From an uncultured Gemmatimonadales bacterium (lineage in GTDB: Bacteria; Gemmatimonadota; Gemmatimonadetes; Gemmatimonadales; GWC2-71-9): a stretch of DNA of 64,000 nt. Within the stretch, counting starts at the first letter, position 1. Every line of letters starts with the position of its first letter. The notes beneath the pieces were generated by a model. The model did no database searches. It was not told the DNA's origin and saw nothing but the letters and a program-made list of their open reading frames with translations. Position numbers and translations under genes: made by a program. The stretch covers positions 347,067-411,066 of the forward strand of contig CAVPLK010000006.1 in assembly GCA_963705985.1 (NCBI GenBank), read 5' to 3'. Of this stretch, positions 20,589-31,865 are shown piece by piece.

Positions 20589-20995
20589 CGGGGCGCGACG
20601 CGGGCAACCTGGAGCAGTTCCTTCGAGAGGAAGGGGCGCCTGACTCCGTGGTGCATGGGGGGCTCGAGGTGCTGCTGGTCGGGTGGGAGCGGACAGTCGG
20701 GTCCGTCGAGGCAGGGTACAGCGGCGACTACGAGGACCTGCTCGGTGACCTCGACGGGCGCCAGCTGCTGGCCCAGGCGCTCGAACGGGTCACCCGCGAG
20801 CAGGCGGCGGCGTTCTCCGCGCGACTGATCGAACTCGATCGGCGGATTCGCGCCGTGACGACGCCGGTGCAGCGCTGCCTGTGGGGGAACATCGTGGCGG
20901 ACGAGGAGGGGTGGAGCCCGGAGGACAATTGGTGGTACTACATCAGGCCGGTGGACGGGCCCCCGGACTTCCTGGCGGAGTTCCCAGCCGCGTAG
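20585..20995 (+). CDS. hypothetical protein, translationally coupled to the M1 peptidase
   Basis: 136-aa ORF whose GTG overlaps the peptidase stop (GTGA). Acidic, Trp-rich C-terminus. No family recognised. Confidence 0.45.
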   Translation: MTGRDAGNLEQFLREEGAPDSVVHGGLEVLLVGWERTVGSVEAGYSGDYEDLLGDLDGRQLLAQALERVTREQAAAFSARLIELDRRIRAVTTPVQRCLWGNIVADEEGWSPEDNWWYYIRPVDGPPDFLAEFPAA

Positions 20996-21008
20996 GCGCG
21001 CCCGTCGG

Positions 21009-22132
21009 CTAGCCGGCCCGTGGCGGGAGCTGCTGCCCCGCCTGCCGCACCAGCAGCACATCCTTCACGTTGTCAGCGGTCAGGAGGCCGACCAGCGCCC
21101 CCCGGTCGTCCACGACGGGGAGCGCCGGCAGCCCGCTCTGGACCAGCCGTTCGATCGCCGCCTCGAAGGGGAGCTCGACGGGGACCGACGCGAAGCCGGT
21201 GCTCATGGCCCGTTCGACGGTGGCGCCGACGCCCAGTTGCGAGAGTCCCCGGATGAGTCCGTCGCGCGTCAGGAGTCCCTCCACCTTTCCCCAGTTGTCC
21301 ATGATCGGGAATTCGCTCTGTTCCCCGGCGAGAAGCGCGTCCACCGCCTGCTGCAGGGTGGCGTACACCGGCAGCGCGACGAACTGGGTGATCATCAACT
21401 CCCGAACCGTCAGCCCTCGGCCCGCCGTCCGCGTCTCCACCGCCGCCCCCTCGGCGCCGGCGGCGAGGTAGACGAAGACCGCGATGAGCACCAGCACGAT
21501 GTTCGGGCCGTACCCCCAGCGCGAGAAGAACCCCAGCCCCCAGAGCCCGAGCCCAATGGCGCCGAGCTGCCCCACGCGGGCGGCCAGACGCGTGGCCCGC
21601 TGCAGGCCCATGCGCATGGCGAGGAGCGCGCGGAGCATCCGGCCGCCGTCCATCGGGAAGATCGGGAGGAGGTTGAAGAGGAGGAGGGCCACGTTGATCC
21701 ACATGATCTGCTGGGCGAGCCCGGACTGCGACGGGTCCAACTGGGCGGAATCGAGTGGGCGCCCCCATCCACCGGAGAGCGCCGAAGAGCGGCGAGCGCG
21801 ATGGCGAGGGTGACGGCCGGGCCGGCGGCGGCGATGAGCAGCTCCTGCCGCGGCTCCTCGGGCATCCGCTCGAGGCGTGCGAGGCCGCCGATGGGGAGGA
21901 GAATGACGTCGGGGGTCCGGATGCCGTAGTGCCGCGCCATCAGGATGTGGCCGAACTCGTGGAGCAGGACGCAGGCAAAGAGGGCGAGGAGGAAGGCCAC
22001 CGCCTGCACCGCCGCAGCCTGCCCCCCATCGGTGTAGGCGGAGTACCCCCACCATGCCACGAGGGCGAGGAAAGTGACGTGCAATTTGATGTCGGTGCCG
22101 CCGACCCGGCCGATCCGGAACGACCACTGCAT
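21009..22132 (-). pseudogene. M50 site-2 protease with C-terminal CBS pair, one frame change
   Basis: The N-terminal part (ORF 21410..22132) carries HEFGH. The C-terminal part (ORF 21009..22163) carries NLLPIFPMDGGR and two CBS-like repeats. They join near 21775-21795. Confidence 0.75.
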
Positions 22133-24209
22133 GCCTGCTCCCAGGGTTCAGAAGACCACGCAATCTCGCCCGGTTGGCGCCCCGGCGCGAGGCGGCGGGA
22201 AACTCGCGGGGCGCCGGTTCTTTCGGGGCGAGGTCGTGGGCGTTAACATTGAGGCCGATTCTTCAGCAGGAGTACCGCGATTACGACCGCTACGCCGCCG
22301 ACCACCGCGCCGGCCACCTGGACGCCCCGGGACGCCGAGAAGCTCTACAACATGCCGGGCTGGGGCCTGGGCTTCTTCCGCATCAACGCCGACGGCCACG
22401 TCACCGTGCACCCCGACGGCGACCCCGCGCGACGGCCTCGACCTCTACCAGCTGGCCATGGACCTGCAGGCGCAGGGCGTCGGCCTGCCGCTGCTGCTCC
22501 GCTTCTCCGACATCCTCCGCTCGCGCATCGCGACGCTGGCCGAGGTGTTCAGCAAGGCCATCGGGGAGTTCGGGTACGAGGGGCGTACACCACCGTCTAC
22601 CCGATCAAGGTCAACCAGCAGCGCCACGTCGTGCGAGGAGATCGTCGAGTTCGGCGCCGCCCACGGCGTCGGGCTCGAGTGCGGCAGCAAGCCGGAGCTG
22701 CAGGCGGTGCTCGGCCTGCACGAGAGCACCGACCACCTCATCGTCTGCAACGGCTACAAGGACGAGGAGTTCATGCGGCTGGCCCTCATGGGCCAGAAGC
22801 TCGGCCACCAGGTGTTCATCGTGCTCGAGCAGCTCAGCGAGCTGGACGTGCTGCTGACGGTGGCGCGACGAGATGGGGGTCACGCCCACGCTGGGCGTGC
22901 GCATCAAGCTGGCCACCGAGGGGTCGGGGCGCTGGGCGAAGAGCGGCGGCGAGAAGTCGCAAGTTCGGCCTCAGCGCCGTCGAGCTGATGCGCCTGCTCG
23001 ACCAAGCTCGACCGGCTCGGGCGGAAGGACATCCTCCAGCTGGTCCACTTCCACCTCGGCAGCCAGATCACCGACATCCGCTACATCAAGGCGGGGCTGG
23101 AGGAGATCGCGCCGCTTCTACGTCGAGCTCCGCGCGCATGGGCGTCGACATCACGCACGTGGACGTCGGCGGCGGGCTCGGCGTGGACTACGACGGCTCG
23201 CGCTCGACCCGGCCCGCCAGCGTCAACTACACGCATGCGGGAGTACGCCAACGACGTCGTGTACACCATCGGCGAGGCCTGCCGCGAGCGGGAGCTGCCG
23301 ATGCCCCACCTGATCTCGCGAGTCGGGGCGGGCGCTCACCGCGCACCACGCCCTGCTGCTGGTGAACGTGATCGACGTCGAGTCGCCAGGTGCGAGCCGG
23401 TCCCGCCGGTCCTGGCGAGAGGACGCCGCACCCGCTGCTGCGCGAGATGGCCGAGAACCTCGACGGCCTCGACGCATGCGAGCGGCTCGATGAGGTCTTC
23501 CACGACGCGATCTTCGCCAAGGAGCGCGCCCAGCGAGCTACTTCACCAGCGGCGTGCTTCACGCTGCGCGACCAGGCCGACGCCGAGCAGCTCTACCTCT
23601 GCACGCATCAACGCGCCATGCAGCAGCTCGCTGCGGCGACGACCGGACGTCCTATCCCGAGATCACGGCCGCACATCGAGGCGACCCTGGTGGACCGGTA
23701 CTTCTGCAACTTCTCGCTCTTCCAGTCGCTGCCCGACAACTGGGCCATCGACCAGCTCTTCCCGATCATGCCGATCCACCGGCTCGACGAGGAGCCGACG
23801 CGGCGCGGCACGCTGCAGGACATCACCTGCGATTCCGACGGCAAGATCGACCGGTTCGCCGGCGGGCCGCAAGGGGAAGCCGTCGCCTGGAGCTGCACGC
23901 CGTGTCGCCGACGGCGAGCCGTACATCCTCGGCATCTTCCTCACCGGCGCGTACCAGGAGATCCTCGGCGACCTGCACAACCTCTTCGGCGACACCAACG
24001 CGGTGCACGTCCGGCCTGACGCCCCAGGGGTACGAGGTGACCGACCTGGTGCACGGCGACACCGTCACCGAGGTGCTCAACTACGTGCAGTTCCACGCCT
24101 CCGACCTGCTGGCGACGTTCCGCCGCAAGGTGACCGCGGCCCGGGATCTCTCCCGGGACGAGGCGAACACGTTCATCGCGGATTACGTGGCGGGACTCGA
24201 GGGGTACAC

Positions 24210-25550
<1,341 letters not shown>

Positions 25551-25643
25551 AGCGCGTTCCTTGATCGTGGGAAGGTGTTGCGGTGACGAGTGGAAAATAG
25601 CCGGAAGGCGGGCCGGGGCAAAGCCGGTTACGTTTGTGCGCCA

Positions 25644-26550
25644 ATGCCTTCCGCCTCCCTCACCGTCGCCGAGCGCGCCCGGGGCGCCCTCCTCGGGCAC
25701 GCCGCGGGGAACGCACTCGGCGTGCCCACGGAGTTCCTCGGGCGGCCCGAGGCGATTCTCGCGGAGTTCCCCGGCGGCGTGCGCGACATTCATCCGGCGC
25801 GACACTCCCGCCAGTCCCTTCGACGATGACGTCGCGATGGCGCTGCTCCTCGCCGAGGAACTCCTCACGGGCGACGTGGACCTCGAACGCCTCGCCCACC
25901 GCTGGATCCACTGGCTCGATGCCGATGGCCGGGGGGCTGGGAACTGGACCCGCACGGCGCTGAACCACATTCGCACCCACGGCAGCCCCCCATCGAGTAC
26001 CGGCGGGCGGGCCCCGAACGGGGCCGTCATGCGCGCCTTGCCGGTCGCCCTCGCCACCCGGGGGTCGCCGACCAACCTCGTGGCGGGCACCTGGCACACG
26101 GCGGCCCTCACCCATCCGGACGACCGCTGTACCTGGAGCGCCGTGGCGGTCAACGTAGCGGCGGCGGAGTTGCTCGCCGGACGGCGGGACTTCCTGGCCG
26201 ACGTGATCGAGGTGCTCCGGGTCAACCAGGCGCCGCCTGAACTGCTGGCCGCCGTCCGGCGCGTGCCGCTCGAGCGCCGGGAGGACCTTCCCCTCCTCGG
26301 CGATCGGGCGTGGGACGCGGTGAGTTGTGTGGAAATTGCGCTGTGGGCCGCCTGGCACGAACCGAACCTCGAGTCCGCACTGATCTGGCTCGTGAACGCC
26401 GGCGGCGACACCGACACCAACGCGGCAGTGGCCGGTGGGCTCCTTGGCGCCCGGGACGGCGAGGGGGCCATCCCCGAACGATGGCTCGCGGCGCTCCCCG
26501 AGGTGGACCGGCTTCGCGAAATTGCGACTCGGCTGGTCGGGGAAGCCTGA
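25644..26550 (+). pseudogene. ADP-ribosylglycohydrolase family protein, one frame change
   Basis: N-terminus MPSASLTVAERARGALLGHAAGNALGVPTEF lies in the frame of ORF 25590. The remainder (FDDDVAMALLLAEEL...GGDTDTNAAVAGGLLGA) lies in ORF 25507..26550. The switch is near 25793-25800. Confidence 0.75.
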
Positions 26551-26632
26551 CCGTCCCCTCGCGTTCCAGTCCCGCTCGCGATATATCTTACGCTTCCCGC
26601 TACCCCTGCCTCCCAACGGAAGGTTCCGACCG

Positions 26633-28153
26633 ATGACACGACGGACGCTCCTCCTGCTCGCCCTCCTCAGCACGCCCCTCGCCGCCCAGACGGTGGACAC
26701 CGCCGGCACCGGCGTCCTGATCGGCGAGGCGATGAACAAGTCCCAGGTGATGACGACCCTGCAGTTTCTCACCGACGTGATCGGCCCCCGGCTGACCGGC
26801 TCGCCGGCGATGAAGCAGGCCAACGACTGGACCGAGGCCCAGTTCAAGCTCTACGGCCTCACGGCCACGCAGGAGGCGTGGGAGTACGGCGTCACCTGGG
26901 AGCGGGGCCCGATCGCGTTCCGCATCGAGGCGCCCTATCCCCGTAACCTGACGGCCCACAGCTGGGCGTGGACCGCGGGAACCGGCGGCAAGACGCTGAC
27001 GGGGCCGGTCGTGCTGGTGGATGTCTCGACGGCCGAGAGCCTGGCGGTCTACCAGGACAAGATCAAGGGCGCGTGGCTGATGCTCCGTCCTGCCGCCGAC
27101 ATCTGGAATCCGGACGGCCCGCCGATGACCGCCGCCGACTCGGCCGCCGCGCAGGCGGAACGGGAGGCGCGCATCGCGGCCTTCCGGGCCGCACCGACCG
27201 ACACCTCCGCGGCAGCGCGCCAGGCCCGGCGGCAGTTCGCGGTGGACCGCAATTACCTCCTCAAGAACGCCGGCGCCCTCGGCGTGCTGACCGACGCGGG
27301 GAAGGAATTCGGCCTGATGAACATGTCGGGTTCGCCCTACAGCGTGTCGCCGCTGCCCAATGTGGTCATCGCGCATGAGGACTACGCCCAGTTCTCCCGG
27401 CTGCTGGAGCACGGGATCACGCCGAGGGTCTCCGGACGGGTCGACAACACGCTCGGCACCAAGCCGGTGACGCAGTGGAACACCATCGGCGAGATCAAGG
27501 GGACGGAATGGCCGGACGAAGTCGTCATCCTCGGCGCCCACCTCGACAGCTGGGACCTCGGCACCGGGACCACCGACAATGCCACCGGTTCGATGGTCGT
27601 GATGGAGGCGGCCCGGGTCATCAAGGCGAGCGGGCTCAAGCCGAAGCGGACCATCCGGTTCATCCTTTTCAGCGGCGAGGAGGAAGGGCTGCTCGGGTCG
27701 GCGGCCTACGCCGCGCAGCACGCGGGGGAGATGGACAAGATCCAGGCGGTGCTGGTGCTCGACAACGGGACCGGGATGATCACCGGCATGGCGTTGCAGG
27801 GCCGCAACCAGGACGCCCAGCTCTGGACCGACCTGCTGGCGCCCGTGGCGGCGCTCGGTGCGGGAAAGGTGCGCGAGGGGAACAAGGGCGGGACCGACCA
27901 CCTCTCGTTCATTCCCTACGGCGTGCCAGGCTGGAATTTCGACCAGGAATCTCGCGGGTATAACCACACCCACCATTCACAGGTCGACACCTACGACCAT
28001 GCGGTGCCGAGCGACCTGCGGCAGGCCTCGGCAGTGATGGCGGTGACGGCGTTCGAACTGGCCAACCTGCCGGCGCTGCTGCCGCGCGGGCCGGTCCGCG
28101 AGGTCACGCCGCGCACGGTGTTGCCACCGAGCCCGGGACTGGTCAAGAAGTAG
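26633..28153 (+). CDS. M28-family zinc peptidase with PA-like insert, secreted
   Basis: Signal peptide MTRRTLLLLALLSTPLAAQ. M28 motifs GAHLDSWDLGTGTTDNATG, FSGEEEGLLGS, GTDH. Confidence 0.85.
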   Translation: MTRRTLLLLALLSTPLAAQTVDTAGTGVLIGEAMNKSQVMTTLQFLTDVIGPRLTGSPAMKQANDWTEAQFKLYGLTATQEAWEYGVTWERGPIAFRIEAPYPRNLTAHSWAWTAGTGGKTLTGPVVLVDVSTAESLAVYQDKIKGAWLMLRPAADIWNPDGPPMTAADSAAAQAEREARIAAFRAAPTDTSAAARQARRQFAVDRNYLLKNAGALGVLTDAGKEFGLMNMSGSPYSVSPLPNVVIAHEDYAQFSRLLEHGITPRVSGRVDNTLGTKPVTQWNTIGEIKGTEWPDEVVILGAHLDSWDLGTGTTDNATGSMVVMEAARVIKASGLKPKRTIRFILFSGEEEGLLGSAAYAAQHAGEMDKIQAVLVLDNGTGMITGMALQGRNQDAQLWTDLLAPVAALGAGKVREGNKGGTDHLSFIPYGVPGWNFDQESRGYNHTHHSQVDTYDHAVPSDLRQASAVMAVTAFELANLPALLPRGPVREVTPRTVLPPSPGLVKK

Positions 28154-28174
28154 CGAACAGCAGGGCGATATGCG

Positions 28175-28212
28175 AAGAGCGGTGCGGGGAGGATCCCCGC
28201 ACCGCTCTTTGA
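28175..28212 (+). terminator. rho-independent-type terminator after the M28 peptidase
   Basis: Perfect 16-bp stem AAGAGCGGTGCGGGGA / TCCCCGCACCGCTCTT with a 3-nt loop and a short T run, about 20 nt after the stop. Confidence 0.75.
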
Positions 28213-28333
28213 CATTCCCTCCCCGTTCATCGCCACGGTCGCGGAGGTGGCGGGGGTGGATCCTGTGAGGCCGGCTCCCGGCCAGCCCCGGGGTGTGCAG
28301 CGGTGTTCATCGTGTCGCTCCTTCGGCTGTGGA

Positions 28334-28579
28334 TCAGCTTGCGGTGTGAGTTTCGAGGTAGTGCACTCGCGCTTCCAGATCCCGGCACTTGATCGCCATG
28401 AGGCCGCCCCACGCCTCCATCGCCCGCATCCATTCCGTCAATCCCGCCGTGCTCCCGGGGTCGGTCGGTGCGATATGCCACGGCGAATCGCCAACCCAAG
28501 TCCAGGTCCAGTCCTTTGGGTCGGGGCCCTTCGTCATGTCCGGGGTCCATCCCGGGTGCTCGCCTGTCGTGGTACTCAT
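28334..28579 (-). CDS. hypothetical small Trp-rich protein
   Basis: 81-aa ORF with GGAGGGG 2 nt upstream of the ATG. It lies 26 nt downstream of the kinase gene on the same strand. Confidence 0.5.
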   Translation of the reverse strand: MSTTTGEHPGWTPDMTKGPDPKDWTWTWVGDSPWHIAPTDPGSTAGLTEWMRAMEAWGGLMAIKCRDLEARVHYLETHTAS

Positions 28580-28605
28580 GTCCCCTCCATTGGTGGGTGA
28601 GAGTG

Positions 28606-31395
28606 TCAGGGTCGCTGTGTGGAGGTGGCTGCCGAGAGCGCCGCCAGGCGGCGGCGGCTCTCGCGCGCGAGTTGCTGATCGCCGATCTGGTCCGCCGCCG
28701 CGGCGCGGATCGACAGGCTCATCGGCAGGAACACGATGTCGGTCACCACCGCCGGGGCGTCCACGATGCTCGCCGCCTGAATGGCGTCGTAGGGTTTGTG
28801 GCGGGCCAGATACAGCTGGGCCAGGAGGATGCGGTCGGCCACCAGCGATTCCCAGGGTTCATAGGGAATCTGGTCCCTGTGGGCCACCGGAGCGTTGGAG
28901 GCCAGGAGGGTCATTGCGCCGACGGTGTCCGCGCGCGCCAGGAGCAGGCGAGCCCACAGGCTGCGCGTGAGCGGCGCCGACGTGCCCCGCCGTCCGAGGG
29001 CCTCCGCATGCAGTCGCTCGGCGGTCGGCAGGTCCCCTCGCCGGGCCGCCCAGATGCCGGCAAGCCACACCGAGCCGTCGCTCACGTCGCGCGGCCGCTC
29101 GGCCATCAGGGCATCGACGTTGGCAGCGAACGCCGTTGCCACGGCGGCGTCGGACGCGCCCGCGACGGCGTCCAGGGTGAGGAAGAGCCCCTTGGCCATG
29201 AGCGCAAACATCGAGTCGGATCCGACGACCCGGCGCGCGCCCGCCGCATTCCCCCGGGCCGTCAGGATCCCCTGCAGCGCGCTCAACGCGGCAAACCGAT
29301 AGGCGTCCGGCGCATCGGCTGTCCCCAAGGCCTCGGCGGCCCCCTGAGCGCACTCCGGCTGGCGAAGCCCGCCGCCGACGAGGACTTGCAGGGCGTTGTA
29401 CACGGCCATCGGGTCGTGCTTGGCCGCGGCCAGCCATGCTGATGGCTCGGTTTCGTTGAGCGCGCAGGTGGTGGCCAGCCGCAGGAAGGCCACTTCCCCC
29501 TCGTCGGGGTGCTGGCGGGCGAACTCGGCGAGGAGTTGCACCGCCGCGCTGTCCCGCTGTCGAAACGCGGCCTCGATCAGGTGGGGAAGCGCCGGGGCAA
29601 AGCCGGGATCGAGCCGATGCGCCTGGGCAAAGGCGTCCTGGGCCAGGGAATCGATCGAGCCGGCGCGCGGGAGGAGATGCGCGTAGACCTCACCGAGCGC
29701 CATCCAGCCGTCCACCGAAGCGGGGTCGCGGTCGAGCGCGGCCGTCAGCCAGGCCACGGCGGTGTCGGCGTGTCCCTGCTGGTAGGCCAGCGCCCCATGC
29801 GCGAAGGCGGCGTACTTGGGAGGAAGCGAATCGAGGCGGTTGCCCATCGACTCGAGCAGCGCTGCTGCGTCGGTCGACTGATTCAGCCAGCTGGCGGCCT
29901 GGGCCGCGCGCAAGGATGCGTAGGTGAAGAGGGAGTCGCTGGCCAATGCCGAGCGGTAGTGAGCCAGTGCCTCGACGAACGATGCCCGGTGATAACTGTC
30001 CTCTCCAAAGTAGAACTCAGCCAATGCCGCAGGCGTCCTCCCTTCGAGCAGGGGGAGGGGCACGTCGGCTGACGAGGTGCGGAGCAGCCGTCCGATCAGC
30101 CGCGTGGCGGCTTCCTGCCCAACGGCCCAGGTGGCGGCGTCCAGCGGCTTCGCGATGATCGGCACCGCGGCGTTCAGTCCGTCGGGGGTCCGGATGGCCA
30201 GCGTGAGCCGCAAGGAGTCTCCGCCGAGCACCGATCCTTCCACCCAGCGGAGCAGTCTCGCGGCCCGGGCGGCCTGCTCCGGGGTCTTGCCCGCTGGGAC
30301 GGCGAACTCGACCGCGCTGATGAAGCCGCTGGAGTTGAGCGCTGCCACCAACGCGCCGGCAATCTGAGTGGCACGCGCCGAATCGGCACTGTCGGCCGGG
30401 GTGGCGGTCACGAACACGCCGACCCGATCGGCGACCATCGCGGTCCGTTTCGGTTGGTACAACGCCCAGACGACCAGTGCGCCCAGCAGGAGCCCGCCGA
30501 CAGCAAACAATCCGCGCCAGCTGCGGCGTCGGGCGGGGAGCACAGCGGTCGGGAACGGGGTCGAGGCCGTCTGCAGCGCGCGGGCCACCTCCTCGGCGCC
30601 GGCCGGCCGGTCCGCCGGGAGCTTTCGGAGCAGGCGGTGGACGAGATCGGCGAGCGCCGCCGGGACGGCCTCACGCAGCACGGTGATCGGGGTGGGCGTG
30701 TCGTGGCTCTGGCGGGCCATGATGGCCTGTGCGCTGCCGCCGGAGAAGGGCGGCTCGCCGCCGAGCATCTCGTAGAGCACGGTGCCCAGCGCGTAGAGGT
30801 CGCTGCGGGCGTCGAGAACGGCTGCCCCGCTTGCCTGCTCGGGGCTCATGTACAGCGGCGTCCCCACGACCAGTCCGCTGGTCGTGATCACGTCACTCGC
30901 AGTGGCATGGATGGCGCGGGCGATGCCGAAGTCGGCGACGCGCGCCTCGCCGCCCTCGAGCAGGATGTTCTCAGGCTTGATGTCGCGGTGAATGATCCCT
31001 TGCCCGTGCGCATAGGCCAGGGCGGACGCCACGTCCCGCGCGATCTTGACGGCTTCCTCGATGGGGATCGGGCGCTCACGAGTGAGCCGCTCGCGCAACG
31101 ATTCCCCGGTCACGTAGGGCATCACGAAGAAGACCAGCTCGTCGGCGACGCCGGAATCGAAGAGCGGAAGAATGTGGGGGTGGGAGAGCCGCGCCGCGAC
31201 CGAGATTTCCCGTTCGAAGCGTTCCGGCCCGAGCGCGGCCAGCACGGCGGGCCGGATGACCTTGACCGCGACCTGGCGGCCGTGCCGGGGGTCGTCGGCG
31301 AGGTACACCACTGCCATCCCGCCGTGCCCCAGCTCACGGTGGATGGTGTAGCGACCGGCAAGCGCTGCGCTGACGCGGGCGAGCAAATCCGCCAC
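28606..31395 (-). CDS. Ser/Thr protein kinase with one TM segment and a large TPR-like extracytoplasmic region
   Basis: GHGGMAVVY, VAVKVI, HRDIKPENILL, DFGIA, SPEQ. A hydrophobic segment (LFAVGGLLLGALVVWALY) follows, then a helical repeat region. 929 aa and intact. Confidence 0.9.
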   Translation of the reverse strand: MADLLARVSAALAGRYTIHRELGHGGMAVVYLADDPRHGRQVAVKVIRPAVLAALGPERFEREISVAARLSHPHILPLFDSGVADELVFFVMPYVTGESLRERLTRERPIPIEEAVKIARDVASALAYAHGQGIIHRDIKPENILLEGGEARVADFGIARAIHATASDVITTSGLVVGTPLYMSPEQASGAAVLDARSDLYALGTVLYEMLGGEPPFSGGSAQAIMARQSHDTPTPITVLREAVPAALADLVHRLLRKLPADRPAGAEEVARALQTASTPFPTAVLPARRRSWRGLFAVGGLLLGALVVWALYQPKRTAMVADRVGVFVTATPADSADSARATQIAGALVAALNSSGFISAVEFAVPAGKTPEQAARAARLLRWVEGSVLGGDSLRLTLAIRTPDGLNAAVPIIAKPLDAATWAVGQEAATRLIGRLLRTSSADVPLPLLEGRTPAALAEFYFGEDSYHRASFVEALAHYRSALASDSLFTYASLRAAQAASWLNQSTDAAALLESMGNRLDSLPPKYAAFAHGALAYQQGHADTAVAWLTAALDRDPASVDGWMALGEVYAHLLPRAGSIDSLAQDAFAQAHRLDPGFAPALPHLIEAAFRQRDSAAVQLLAEFARQHPDEGEVAFLRLATTCALNETEPSAWLAAAKHDPMAVYNALQVLVGGGLRQPECAQGAAEALGTADAPDAYRFAALSALQGILTARGNAAGARRVVGSDSMFALMAKGLFLTLDAVAGASDAAVATAFAANVDALMAERPRDVSDGSVWLAGIWAARRGDLPTAERLHAEALGRRGTSAPLTRSLWARLLLARADTVGAMTLLASNAPVAHRDQIPYEPWESLVADRILLAQLYLARHKPYDAIQAASIVDAPAVVTDIVFLPMSLSIRAAAADQIGDQQLARESRRRLAALSAATSTQRP

Positions 31396-31468
31396 GGACC
31401 GCTCCTGTAGCCGACCGGGGCAACCTACCCGGGTCGGCTGAAAGTGCCAGAGGAGCGGCGGGGGGGGA

Positions 31469-31864
31469 CTAGGCGGTGGGCGTCGGCAAGGTCACGCTGC
31501 AGGTGGTCAGGAACCCACCGCGGACGTTGTAGATCGTCTCGACCGTAAGCGACTCGGGCGTGAGCACCTGGTACAGGTCCTCGGCGATCTTCGCCGTGGC
31601 GTGCTCCTGGTAGATGCCCACGCTGCGGTAGCTGGTGACGTAGTACTTGAGGCTCTTGAGCTCGATGCAGGAGCCGTTCGGCACGTACCGGACGGTCAGC
31701 GTGGCGAAGTCGGGGAGCCCGCTGTAGGGGCAGACGGCGCTGAACTCGTCGGTGGTGGTGACGATTTCCTGCGCGGGCCCGTCGTACGGGAAGGTCTCCA
31801 GCACGGCGACGTCCACCTGCTCGGGGCCGGTGAAGGGGAGGGAGCGGCCTTCGGGAGTCGGCAT
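31469..31864 (-). CDS. queF: NADPH-dependent 7-cyano-7-deazaguanine reductase (unimodular type)
   Basis: EFSAVCPYSGLPDFATLTVRY and GIYQEHA motifs. The start MPTPEG lies immediately after the upstream stop. Confidence 0.85.
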   Translation of the reverse strand: MPTPEGRSLPFTGPEQVDVAVLETFPYDGPAQEIVTTTDEFSAVCPYSGLPDFATLTVRYVPNGSCIELKSLKYYVTSYRSVGIYQEHATAKIAEDLYQVLTPESLTVETIYNVRGGFLTTCSVTLPTPTA

Positions 31865-31865
31865 C

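Noticed and set aside
25660-26847. 395-aa minus-strand ORF opposite the ADP-ribosylglycohydrolase
   Set aside because: It is a shadow ORF with Arg/Pro/Gly-rich composition. The plus strand carries the conserved ARH motifs.
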